DNA of 64,000 nt, taken from positions 46,850 through 110,849 of the forward strand of contig JAWKKO010000013.1 in assembly GCA_041393235.1 (NCBI GenBank). The letters are read 5' to 3'. The stretch is from Bacteroidales bacterium. Its GTDB lineage: Bacteria > Bacteroidota > Bacteroidia > Bacteroidales > GCA-2748055. The notes below the pieces were generated by a model, which saw only the letters and a program-made list of their open reading frames with translations, had not been told where the DNA came from and did not search any database. Below, piece after piece: positions 48,282-56,718 of the stretch. Each line of letters starts with the position of its first letter. The first letter of the stretch is position 1. Both the position numbers and the translations under genes were made by a program.

Positions 48282-49531
48282 GTCTGTGGATTTTGGGTGC
48301 CGTAGGAGAGAATCCGCTGTTCCCCTTCCAGGGACCGGGCCTGGGTAAGATCCTGCGACACTTCCAGGGTGCCAAGGTAGGCGCCGTCTTCGTCCCGGAG
48401 TGCGTGGTATTCAATGAGGATGAACTTTCCTTTCATCTGAATCCAGAAAGGTGCATGGGATGCCTTCCCTGACTTGAAGTCCTCCAGGATTTTTTCGACG
48501 ATGTCCACCGAACCCGGGGGATGGCACAGGCGCACATCCCGGTTGATGATGGACCGGCTTCGGGGGAAGATCCGGTGGGCTCCCTGGGTGAAGTATTTGA
48601 CCTTGTCATCCTTGTCCACAAAGGTCATGTCCACGGGCATCGTGTTCAGGATGGCCATGATCTCCGATGCGGTGAAGGACCCGGAGGGCAGCCGGATGGT
48701 CCCTTCCTCTCCTGTCTCCGGAGTCGAAAGGACGTTGTGCGCTTCAAACCCTTGAGGTTTCCAGGTCACCGGGGGATCGTACAGGGTGAAACCGAATTCA
48801 AGGGTTTGTTGATGGATTTGCCACCATTCCTCCTCGGTGACAATGTCCATGGCCATGGGAAAGAGAATCTCCTCTTCCTTTTGCACCATGTCGTCCAGGG
48901 CTTTGAGTACCGGGAAGAAAAGCAGTTCCAGGGCCTCGTCCAGGTCCGCCCTTGACAGTTCTTGCTCCTTCAGGAGGGCGATGCAGCCCTTGAGCTGATC
49001 CCGGATTTCGTCATGCTTTCCCCACATCACCTTGGGCGGACCTGTGATCTCGTTTTTCTCAAGGAAGGGGAACAGCAGGTATTCCTTCCGCTGGTAATGC
49101 TTGTCCACGTCCATCAGTTCATTGAACGAGGACCGGAGAACATGGGTGAAGGAAGTGAAATCCTCCGCCGGAACATTGTCCAGAGCCACGAGCAAATTCC
49201 GGGCTTTCGAGGTAACCAGCTTCAGTTCGCGATTCTCCCCGATGAACACATCCACGGGATGACCCGCCGGGATGTTCTTTGAACCGCTCTGGTCGACATG
49301 GCCGTGGAGAACCTCACCGTGGACATCGCACAATTTCAGGACCTCCGATTCGGGCAGTCCTTCGCTGATCAGTTCCTGTTCCACTTCCACCACCTCCCCG
49401 TAGGGAATGGAAGAAAGAGTTTCGACCAGTTCCTGCCGGACTTTTCCGGGCTCGTCTCCCTTGTGCAGTTTCAGGATCAGCTCTTTCAACCGCTCTTTCC
49501 GAAATCTTGAATTGTTGATGAGTTCGCTCAT
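48278..49531 (-). CDS. DUF438-family protein (hemerythrin-like plus PAS-like regions)
   Basis: ORF 48278..49531. The N-terminus ..RLKELILKLHKGDEPGKVRQELVETLSSIPYGEVVEVEQELISEGLPESEVLKLCDVH.. is the DUF438 signature I recognise. Confidence 0.7.
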   Translation of the reverse strand: MSELINNSRFRKERLKELILKLHKGDEPGKVRQELVETLSSIPYGEVVEVEQELISEGLPESEVLKLCDVHGEVLHGHVDQSGSKNIPAGHPVDVFIGENRELKLVTSKARNLLVALDNVPAEDFTSFTHVLRSSFNELMDVDKHYQRKEYLLFPFLEKNEITGPPKVMWGKHDEIRDQLKGCIALLKEQELSRADLDEALELLFFPVLKALDDMVQKEEEILFPMAMDIVTEEEWWQIHQQTLEFGFTLYDPPVTWKPQGFEAHNVLSTPETGEEGTIRLPSGSFTASEIMAILNTMPVDMTFVDKDDKVKYFTQGAHRIFPRSRSIINRDVRLCHPPGSVDIVEKILEDFKSGKASHAPFWIQMKGKFILIEYHALRDEDGAYLGTLEVSQDLTQARSLEGEQRILSYGTQNPQT

Positions 49532-49541
49532 GATGCTTGAT

Positions 49542-49880
49542 TTACAAAATCTTGCTTTTGTTCTCGGGACGGGGGGCCTTGATCACCAGGATCCTGGCCA
49601 GACCGGGCCCTTCGTTGCTCAGATGATGGACCACCCGGGCCGGACTTTCGATTAGGGTGTCCTTCTCGAACCGGATGCTTTCCTTGGCAATGTGAACAGT
49701 CGGGCTGCCTTCCAGAACATAGAAAGTGACATCCACCGGGGTGAGGTGGGGCTTCAGGCTCTCGCCCGGTCTCAGGGCGATGTGGACGATTTGCGCGGAG
49801 GGATCGTCGTAGAGTTTGCGGACATCCACCTTGTGCGGATTGTCTTCGGATGGTGTCTGTGTAACCAGGACGCTTTTCAT
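49542..49880 (-). CDS. Cupin-domain protein
   Basis: ORF 49542..49880, 112 aa. ..IVHIALRPGESLKPHLTPVDVTFYVLEGSPTV..PARVVHHLSNEG fits a single cupin barrel. Confidence 0.65.
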   Translation of the reverse strand: MKSVLVTQTPSEDNPHKVDVRKLYDDPSAQIVHIALRPGESLKPHLTPVDVTFYVLEGSPTVHIAKESIRFEKDTLIESPARVVHHLSNEGPGLARILVIKAPRPENKSKIL

Positions 49881-49902
49881 GGTGTGTGTGTTTTTGGTGG
49901 GT

Positions 49903-51486
49903 TCAATTTTTTTCCAGTTTCTTCTTTCGGAATCGCTTTCTCCAGAGCAGGTACCCGCTCAGAACCACCGTGATGCCGGTCAGCCCGGCCAGGGGCACGA
50001 TCAGGATGTAGAAGGGACCCAGAACGGACTGGAAGATGCGCCCGGTGTGAAATTCCAGGGCCACGTTCCAAAGCGACATGCCCGAGGCTTCCACCACCTC
50101 GGCGGGCATGGTCGGAAAGTCCGGCGCGTTGGGCCACAGGGCCTGCACTCCCTGGTTGTAATCGATGCAATAGGGCCGTCCCAGGTGATCCTGCAAAATG
50201 CCGGTGACCTGGACGTCCCCGATGGGCCGGCCCGCCGACCGGCCTTCGTAGGGTTGTCCCGTGTAAAAGTTCAGGACCCTTCCCTGGGCCGGGTCCCACA
50301 AAAACAGGCCGCTGAAGGAGCCCACCACATACACGCCGTGGTGAAAGGGGACCAGAACGGTGATGCCCATGACACTCACCGGAGGCTGGGAGGGTAGGGG
50401 AACCACGTGGGAAAGTGTGGGATCCAATTCGTGGATGCCTTCGGAGGTGGCCAGCAGAAAGTACTGCTTTTCCCCATCCCAGAGGAGGTCCCGGCACCGG
50501 TCGAACCAGGGGTTGTCCTGGTCCAGGTTGGAGAACTTCAGCGGACCGACCCGGGCATTGGCGATGGGAATCAGCAAGGGCGGACGCAGGAACATGCCGG
50601 TGAAATACAGGAAGATGAGGAAGACAAAAACCCAGGCGCCGAAGTGGTTGTGCCAGCGAAGCGACCAGCGGTTGGCCCGTGCGAGAGACTGAACCGGTCG
50701 CTCCCGTTTTTTGCGCCGTTTCATCCAGCCCGGAAAGAAAAAGTAGAGGATGCCCGTGATGGAAAGGAACAGAGTGACCAGGGCCAGCAGGTCCACGAAC
50801 ACCTTTCCGATGCCACCGAAGGCCTCTCCCGAATGAAGCTGCCAGATGGTTTCAAACAAGCCCACCCGATCCTCGTATCCGGGAGGGGCCGGCAACTGGT
50901 GCCGGACGAAGGTGGTGTTCACTCCGTCGGACCGGCCCGTGAACAGGTGGGACCGGTTGAGGGCATAGAGGGTATCGCCCACCGATTCCAGGGCCACGAA
51001 ACGCTGATTGTCCGAGACCAGGTGAAAGGGAACCCAGGATTGCCGATCGGGGGAAAAGGCATACAATCCGAAATGGGTGGCGGCGTAGAGATCCCCGTTG
51101 GCCATTCGGTGCAGATCATAGGTTTTTCGCCGGTCGACGCCCTTGCCGAATCCTTCATTCAGGGGGCGGTACGCCTCAAAGGCGGAGTCGGTGACCCAGA
51201 TTCCGATGTTCCCGAAGACCAGGATGCTGTCGGGGGCCACCACCAGGTCTCCCTTCAGGGCGGCATTGTTCCAGTTCGCATACCGGTATACCCGGGGCAG
51301 AACGGACCGTTTCACATCCAGGGATGAAAAGAACCCCCGGTGATTCAACACGATCCCCGATATGCCAAAATTCAGGAGGACGAAGGCGATGATGAGCCCC
51401 GGCCATTTGTGGAGCTTCTTGTATGTCTTTGCTATGTCTTTTTTTCCCACGTTCACAATTCCTTTCTCGTCTTTGCCAGGTTTCAT
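49903..51486 (-). CDS. PepSY-associated TM-helix protein
   Basis: ORF 49903..51486. ..KKLHKWPGLIIAFVLLNFGISGIVLNH.. and ..WQLHSGEAFG..FVDLLALVTLFLSITGILYFF.. and ..EFHTGRIF.. are the recurring PepSY_TM motifs. Confidence 0.75.
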   Translation of the reverse strand: MKPGKDEKGIVNVGKKDIAKTYKKLHKWPGLIIAFVLLNFGISGIVLNHRGFFSSLDVKRSVLPRVYRYANWNNAALKGDLVVAPDSILVFGNIGIWVTDSAFEAYRPLNEGFGKGVDRRKTYDLHRMANGDLYAATHFGLYAFSPDRQSWVPFHLVSDNQRFVALESVGDTLYALNRSHLFTGRSDGVNTTFVRHQLPAPPGYEDRVGLFETIWQLHSGEAFGGIGKVFVDLLALVTLFLSITGILYFFFPGWMKRRKKRERPVQSLARANRWSLRWHNHFGAWVFVFLIFLYFTGMFLRPPLLIPIANARVGPLKFSNLDQDNPWFDRCRDLLWDGEKQYFLLATSEGIHELDPTLSHVVPLPSQPPVSVMGITVLVPFHHGVYVVGSFSGLFLWDPAQGRVLNFYTGQPYEGRSAGRPIGDVQVTGILQDHLGRPYCIDYNQGVQALWPNAPDFPTMPAEVVEASGMSLWNVALEFHTGRIFQSVLGPFYILIVPLAGLTGITVVLSGYLLWRKRFRKKKLEKN

Positions 51487-51938
51487 TTTTCAGAGGATTC
51501 CATGGTGAGCCGGCTGATCACCGCCCGTCCCTCCCGGATCTTGTCCGCCATGGTCCGGATGCTTTCCCGGGTGGCCATGTCCAGCAACTGTTCCCGGATG
51601 ACTCCGTAGTGTTCGTGTACCGGACAGGGGTTGGCGTCGGAACAACCCCTGAGTCCGATCCCGCATTGGGTGAACAAATGGTCTCCCTCCATCACCAGGA
51701 TCACCCGGTGGATGCTCAGGTCGGATTCCATCCCGGGAAAGAAGAAGCCTCCGCCCCGTCCTTTCATGGACAGAAGAAGCCGCTGGGTGGTCAGGATGTG
51801 GAGGATCTTTGCGGTGAAAGCCGCGGGGGCGTCGATCTCCCGGGCAACCTCGGCAACGCCCGGACGGCGGCCTGTCCAGTTTTGCAGCTGGATGAAGACC
51901 AGGGCCCGGATGGCGTATTCGGTGCTTTTGCTCAGCAT
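51483..51938 (-). CDS. Rrf2-family transcriptional regulator (NsrR/IscR-like, three-Cys cluster)
   Basis: ORF 51483..51950, likely ATG 51938 (MLSKSTEYAIRALVFI..). ..AKILHILTTQRLLLSMKGRGGGFFF.. and CGIGLRGCSDANPC (putative Fe-S ligands). It overlaps the PepSY-TM gene by 4 nt. Confidence 0.85.
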   Translation of the reverse strand: MLSKSTEYAIRALVFIQLQNWTGRRPGVAEVAREIDAPAAFTAKILHILTTQRLLLSMKGRGGGFFFPGMESDLSIHRVILVMEGDHLFTQCGIGLRGCSDANPCPVHEHYGVIREQLLDMATRESIRTMADKIREGRAVISRLTMESSEK

Positions 51939-51956
51939 GGGCACAAACATAGGAAA

Positions 51957-51990
51957 AATTTATAAAATGACAAAAAGGTCATTTTATAAA
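51957..51990. promoter_or_regulatory. Perfect 14+14 bp inverted repeat ATTTATAAAATGAC-N6-GTCATTTTATAAAT (candidate Rrf2 operator)
   Basis: Read directly. It lies 19 nt upstream of the Rrf2 start on the minus strand and 75 nt upstream of the arsC-like ATG on the plus strand. It is strongly AT-rich in a GC-rich genome. Confidence 0.6.
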
Positions 51991-52064
51991 TGTTTCTTCC
52001 GGGGAGCTTGGATTTTGCACGGGAAAATCACTTTCGTACTTTTGGAGTCACCAAAAGAAGACCC

Positions 52065-52481
52065 ATGAAAATCCTGATACTTTGCACGGGGAACAGCTGC
52101 CGCAGTCAGATGGCCGAAGGCTTTCTGAACCAAATGGAAGGGGTGGAGGCCCACAGCGCCGGAACCCGGCCCTCATCCGCCGTCCATCCCCTTGCCATCC
52201 GGGTCATGCAGGAAGCCGGCATCGATCTGTCGGGCCATCGTCCGAAACATGCCGACCGGTTTGTGAACGAACCCTTCGACTTCGTGATCACCGTGTGCGA
52301 CCATGCCCGGGAAACCTGTCCGGTGTTTTCAGGGAAGGTGAAATCGAAGCTTCACATCGGATTTGAAGATCCGGCCGAGTCCAGGGGCACCGAAGAAGAA
52401 ATCCTGTCCGAGTTCCGCCGGATCCGGGACGAAATCAAAACCGCCTTCGATCGCTTTTATGCGGAGCACCTGGACGACTGA
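52065..52481 (+). CDS. Low-molecular-weight phosphotyrosine phosphatase-family arsenate reductase-like protein
   Basis: ORF 51990..52481, ATG 52065. MKILILCTGNSCRSQMAEGF.. is the CX5R P-loop, and ..VITVCDHARETCP is the Cys pair typical of thioredoxin-coupled ArsC. Confidence 0.8.
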   Translation: MKILILCTGNSCRSQMAEGFLNQMEGVEAHSAGTRPSSAVHPLAIRVMQEAGIDLSGHRPKHADRFVNEPFDFVITVCDHARETCPVFSGKVKSKLHIGFEDPAESRGTEEEILSEFRRIRDEIKTAFDRFYAEHLDD

Positions 52482-52487
52482 AACCCC

Positions 52488-53654
52488 TCACCACAGACCC
52501 GTCTCCAGGTCGGCGGTCCGTTCCGCAACCGTTGGAAAATCGGGAAGGGGATCGCTGGGAACGGCTTCGTACCAGAAGGCAGCCGCCGACCAGTCGTCGT
52601 CGCGCTCGAAATAACAGCACCCGATCTGCTGGATGGTGATCCGGCATTCCGTTTCCCAGAACACGGGATCGGGCAGGTGCCAGCGGTACATCGACACAAA
52701 CTCCCGATGCATGTCCACCCGTTCCCCGCTCTGAAGATCCAGGGCCTTCACCGTTTCTTCCATGGCCAGGTTCAGGTTGCACCCGTGGTAGGCATAGGTG
52801 GTTTGCTGGATGCCATAGGACAGTCCCACATAGTCCTCGCTTCCGGTGCCGCACAGGGTGGGAAACTCCCGGTCGCCGTCCCGGTAAATTTTGATCTCCC
52901 CTTCGCCCCACCAGCCGGGGTGGAGGGTCCGGATGCCCAGGACCGCACCGATGTAGCGGCCTTTGCCCTGGCGGCGGGGCAGGATTTCGAAATCCTCGGT
53001 GAGGACGGTGGGATTTTCCCGTTGGAAGCAAACATGCAGACGTCCCACATCCGACGGATGGGCATCCCCCAGGGTGTAATCGATCTGGTAGTAGAGGGGG
53101 AAGGAAAGGTCCGATTCATTGGTCAGGGTGATCCGGGCAGCGGACGCGAAGGGCATGGGGAGCCACAGGTTGAAGGCACCCTTCTCGCCCACCGAATGGA
53201 CGGCGGACTGGTAGGGCGTGATCCTGGAGTGGGCAAATCCCATCAGGTCGCCCACGGGGCATTCGATGCTGGGATGCTCTTGTCCGTCCCAGTAGGCCCG
53301 GATGACGGTGGTCCGCATCAGCAGGTTCCGTTCGGGGAGCGCCTCCAGCCATTCGAAGTTCATCCATTCACCGGTCATCCAGATGTGACGGATGGTCCCG
53401 GTACCCCGGATGTCGCACAGGGTGACTTCCTCCCCGGGTTCCAGGGTTTTTCGGGGAGCCCCTTTCCGGCCGATGCCGATTTCGCTGGCGGCCGTACCCC
53501 CGGCACCCCGCTCTCCGGTGGGGTTCTCAAAGGAAATGGAGCGCGAGTCAAGGGTCTGGGACAAATCATACAGGGGCCTGTCCGCATGGGTCTGTGCCTG
53601 GCTACCCAAGGAACATACCAGCAGAGAAAGCAGGGGAAGGAGTCTGGTTTTCAC
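52488..53654 (-). CDS. DUF2961-family protein (glycoside hydrolase family 172-like)
   Basis: ORF 52488..53690, likely GTG 53654 (VKTRLLPLLSLLVCSLGSQAQ). ..SISFENPTGERGAGG..GRKGAPRKTLEPGEEVTLCDIRGTGTIRHIWMT.. is the DUF2961 signature. Confidence 0.75.
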   Translation of the reverse strand: MKTRLLPLLSLLVCSLGSQAQTHADRPLYDLSQTLDSRSISFENPTGERGAGGTAASEIGIGRKGAPRKTLEPGEEVTLCDIRGTGTIRHIWMTGEWMNFEWLEALPERNLLMRTTVIRAYWDGQEHPSIECPVGDLMGFAHSRITPYQSAVHSVGEKGAFNLWLPMPFASAARITLTNESDLSFPLYYQIDYTLGDAHPSDVGRLHVCFQRENPTVLTEDFEILPRRQGKGRYIGAVLGIRTLHPGWWGEGEIKIYRDGDREFPTLCGTGSEDYVGLSYGIQQTTYAYHGCNLNLAMEETVKALDLQSGERVDMHREFVSMYRWHLPDPVFWETECRITIQQIGCCYFERDDDWSAAAFWYEAVPSDPLPDFPTVAERTADLETGLW

Positions 53655-53726
53655 GATCGTATGGTTAGGTGTTAACCAAAGGAACGACAATTTCCGGGCA
53701 TATGGAGGAAAACCGGGGAGGAACTT

Positions 53727-55346
53727 TTAGGGACCCGGTGAAAGGGGAGCTTCCACCGGAAACGGGGTCTTTCGGGCCGCCTCTGGAACAGCGGCCACGA
53801 ATTGCTCCCTGGGAATGTTGGCGCGAATGCCTGTGTGGGGCAGCGCTGTTTGGATGCTGAAATCATTGCAGACATAGGTACTTCCCGGCGCTTCCCCCCG
53901 GAACCGGGCGTTGCTGTGGTATTCGAGCAGGGACAGAAAGTGCCCCGTTGCGGAAAGGCATCCCCCGTTCACATCGACCAGGACCGGGCCGGTGTAGTGG
54001 GCCGGATTCGGTTCCATGGGGTGATAGAGGGGTTCGAATTCCGTCACGTTCGGATTTCTCTCAAACCAGGTGAAGGGGTGGTCGGTGAGGTAGGAGAGCA
54101 ACTGGGCCGCAAAAATGGGATGTCCTCCGTTGTTGTCCCTCAGATCAAGAATCAGGGTGTCGGCGGACGTCGTGGAAAGGTACAGGAAGACGCTGTCCAG
54201 AAAGGAAAGGTAATCCTCCATGTTCCGGATGGAGAAGGAGGGAATGCGGAGCCGGGCACAACCGGTTTCACTGTGGAATGCATACCCGGGAGTCCGGATC
54301 GCCTCGGAGGATTGGTGCCCGGGACCACCCTGACCACCGGCACCACCGATTCGGTCTTCTCCCCGCAGATTCAGGGATCCGGTCGCGCCGTCTGCCCGGT
54401 AATCCACTGCAAAGGGACCGGCTTGTCCGGCAAGAGCCAGCCAGTAGGCAAAATTCCGGTTCAATTCGTACCGGATGGCCACCGGGTTTCTTTCTTCTGC
54501 CGGGATCATGTTTCCCATCGTTTCCAGCAGATCGGCAACCGGCTTGTGGTTGATGGACAGGATTTCGAATCCGGGCGGCACCGGTCCTTCCATGGTTCGA
54601 ACTTCCGAACAGGAGAACAACCGGTTGCCCTCGCTTCGAACTGCCAGGGGGAACAGATGGACCGGTTCCAGCAGAAACTCTTCCTGCGCCTGGGGGAGCC
54701 GGAGCCCCGTGTGGCTGCATCCGATCCCCGCCCCGAGAGGGGCGAGGAGGGCGTAGAACGACAGAAGATCCAGGGAGTCCGTCAACCCGGTCCGGACCCG
54801 TTCAAAAGCCCGGTCCAGATCGGCCCGGTCCAGGATCCGGAACAAGGCGGGATGGTTTTCAAAGAGGGCTTCCTGGAAAAAATCCAGATCGGCCCGGAGC
54901 TGACCCGGCGGATACACCGGGTTCGGATCCACCTCGTTGGTCCGGACCTCGGATGGAAGGTCCTCCTTTCCGGCCGGTGACCTGCGGACGACCAGGGGAT
55001 GAACCGATCCGTCGGAGAAAACGAAATTTCCGGTCATTTCGTTTCCTTCCACGGTTCCCTCAAACCGGGTGTCTTTGGCTTCGATGAAGAAGGTCAGGCC
55101 GTTGCCTTCTTCCCGGATTCGGGTCAAGGGATCATCCTGGATCATTTGGTCCCCCGCGTACATGCGGATGGAACCTGCCATTCCGTTTTCTCCGGGAGAA
55201 AGAAGGAGAACGGTGCGAAAATCATTCATAAAGGGACCTTCCCAGGTTCCGGAGGAGAGAGTTTGGGCGCAGATGCTGCCTTGGAGCCACAGCAGCGCGA
55301 ACATGACGAGCATGTTCCGGTTGGGTGAGGTTCTGGTTGTTTTCAT
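53727..55346 (-). CDS. Peptidase S41-family protein
   Basis: ORF 53727..55433, ATG 55346 (signal MKTTRTSPNRNMLVMFALLWLQGSICAQ). ..LILDLRDNNGGHPIFAAQLLSYL.. is the S41 core motif. Confidence 0.7.
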   Translation of the reverse strand: MKTTRTSPNRNMLVMFALLWLQGSICAQTLSSGTWEGPFMNDFRTVLLLSPGENGMAGSIRMYAGDQMIQDDPLTRIREEGNGLTFFIEAKDTRFEGTVEGNEMTGNFVFSDGSVHPLVVRRSPAGKEDLPSEVRTNEVDPNPVYPPGQLRADLDFFQEALFENHPALFRILDRADLDRAFERVRTGLTDSLDLLSFYALLAPLGAGIGCSHTGLRLPQAQEEFLLEPVHLFPLAVRSEGNRLFSCSEVRTMEGPVPPGFEILSINHKPVADLLETMGNMIPAEERNPVAIRYELNRNFAYWLALAGQAGPFAVDYRADGATGSLNLRGEDRIGGAGGQGGPGHQSSEAIRTPGYAFHSETGCARLRIPSFSIRNMEDYLSFLDSVFLYLSTTSADTLILDLRDNNGGHPIFAAQLLSYLTDHPFTWFERNPNVTEFEPLYHPMEPNPAHYTGPVLVDVNGGCLSATGHFLSLLEYHSNARFRGEAPGSTYVCNDFSIQTALPHTGIRANIPREQFVAAVPEAARKTPFPVEAPLSPGP

Positions 55347-55652
55347 CACGTGGATGGTTGAAAGGATTCTGTGATAAAGGTACATCTCCGAGGCCCTCAG
55401 AGTCAAGGTCATATCCGGTCCGAAAGCGGTCATCGGTCGACCAATTCCGGCCGCCCGGCCGGTCGGGGTCCGTCCCGTTCTGGAGAAATCTGTCCCAAAA
55501 GGCCGGTTGAAGGAGGCGGATCGATTCCGGATGGGAGGAATTGCCTACCTTTGGGTTGCAATTTGAATCCTCCCCACCCTCTGTACCCGACAATCCCGAT
55601 GAAATGCAAGTGAAAGCTCGTTTCGAAACAAACGGATAGGAAGAAGAAAGTG

Positions 55653-56675
55653 ATGATGAAAGAGAAAAAGACACCGGGCGGGAACAACACCCGGGACTGG
55701 ATCGAGGTGGTAAAGAAGTACAACCGGCCCGATCCGAAAAAAAGCATCTGGCAGATCGTGAATTCCCTGGGGCCCTATGCGGCGCTCTGGTACCTGATGT
55801 ACCTCAGCCTGGAAATATCCTACGTGCTGACCCTGGGCTTGAGTTTGCTGGCCGCCGGGTTTCTGGTGCGCATGTTCATCATTTTTCATGACTGCGGACA
55901 CGGGTCATTTTTCAAATCCACCCGGGCGAACAAGATTGTGGGGACCTTCCTGGGCAGCCTGACCTTTACCCCGTACGACCGCTGGCACAAGGACCATGCC
56001 TATCACCACTCCCACGTCGGGAACCTCGACAAGCGTGGCATCGGGGACGTGATGACCCTCACGGTGGAGGAGTACCGGAAGCTCTCCCCGGCAAAAAAAT
56101 TCGAGTACCGCCTGTACCGTCATCCCATCGTGATTTTCGGGATTGCCCCCGTGATCCTGTTTGTGATCTGGTTCCGTTTCATCCAGAAGCCCATGAACCG
56201 GCCTGTCCGGAACAGCGTGCACCTGACCAACCTGATCATTGCCGCAACAGTGGTCGGGCTCATTCTGCTCTTTGGGTGGAAGGCCTACCTGCTGATTCAA
56301 ATACCGGTGATTTATTTCGCCACCGTGGCCGGCGTGTGGTTGTTCTATGTGCAGCACCAGTTCGAGGATGTGATCTGGACGCGTTCCGGGGAGTGGGATT
56401 ACCGGACCATGGCCCTGGAAGGAAGCTCCTATCTGAAATTTCCCCGGCTGCTGCAATGGTTTTCGGGCAACATCGGGTTTCACCACGTCCACCACCTGAG
56501 TCCCAAAATCCCCAACTACAACCTGGAGCGTTGCCACCGGGAGAATGCCATGTTCCGGGGCATCAAGCCGGTGACCTTCCGTCCCAGCCTGCGTACCATG
56601 AACCTCCGCCTGTGGGACGAGAAGCTCGGGAAACTGATCAGTTTCCGTCAGTTCAGGCAAATGGCGCAGGCCTGA
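55653..56675 (+). CDS. Membrane fatty-acid desaturase
   Basis: ORF 55650..56675. It has three His boxes: HDCGH, HKDHAYHH and HHVHH. Confidence 0.9.
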   Translation: MMKEKKTPGGNNTRDWIEVVKKYNRPDPKKSIWQIVNSLGPYAALWYLMYLSLEISYVLTLGLSLLAAGFLVRMFIIFHDCGHGSFFKSTRANKIVGTFLGSLTFTPYDRWHKDHAYHHSHVGNLDKRGIGDVMTLTVEEYRKLSPAKKFEYRLYRHPIVIFGIAPVILFVIWFRFIQKPMNRPVRNSVHLTNLIIAATVVGLILLFGWKAYLLIQIPVIYFATVAGVWLFYVQHQFEDVIWTRSGEWDYRTMALEGSSYLKFPRLLQWFSGNIGFHHVHHLSPKIPNYNLERCHRENAMFRGIKPVTFRPSLRTMNLRLWDEKLGKLISFRQFRQMAQA

Positions 56676-56718
56676 CGGCTTGCACCGGAACCCGGTTGCA
56701 GGGAAGCGGGCGCCGGGA

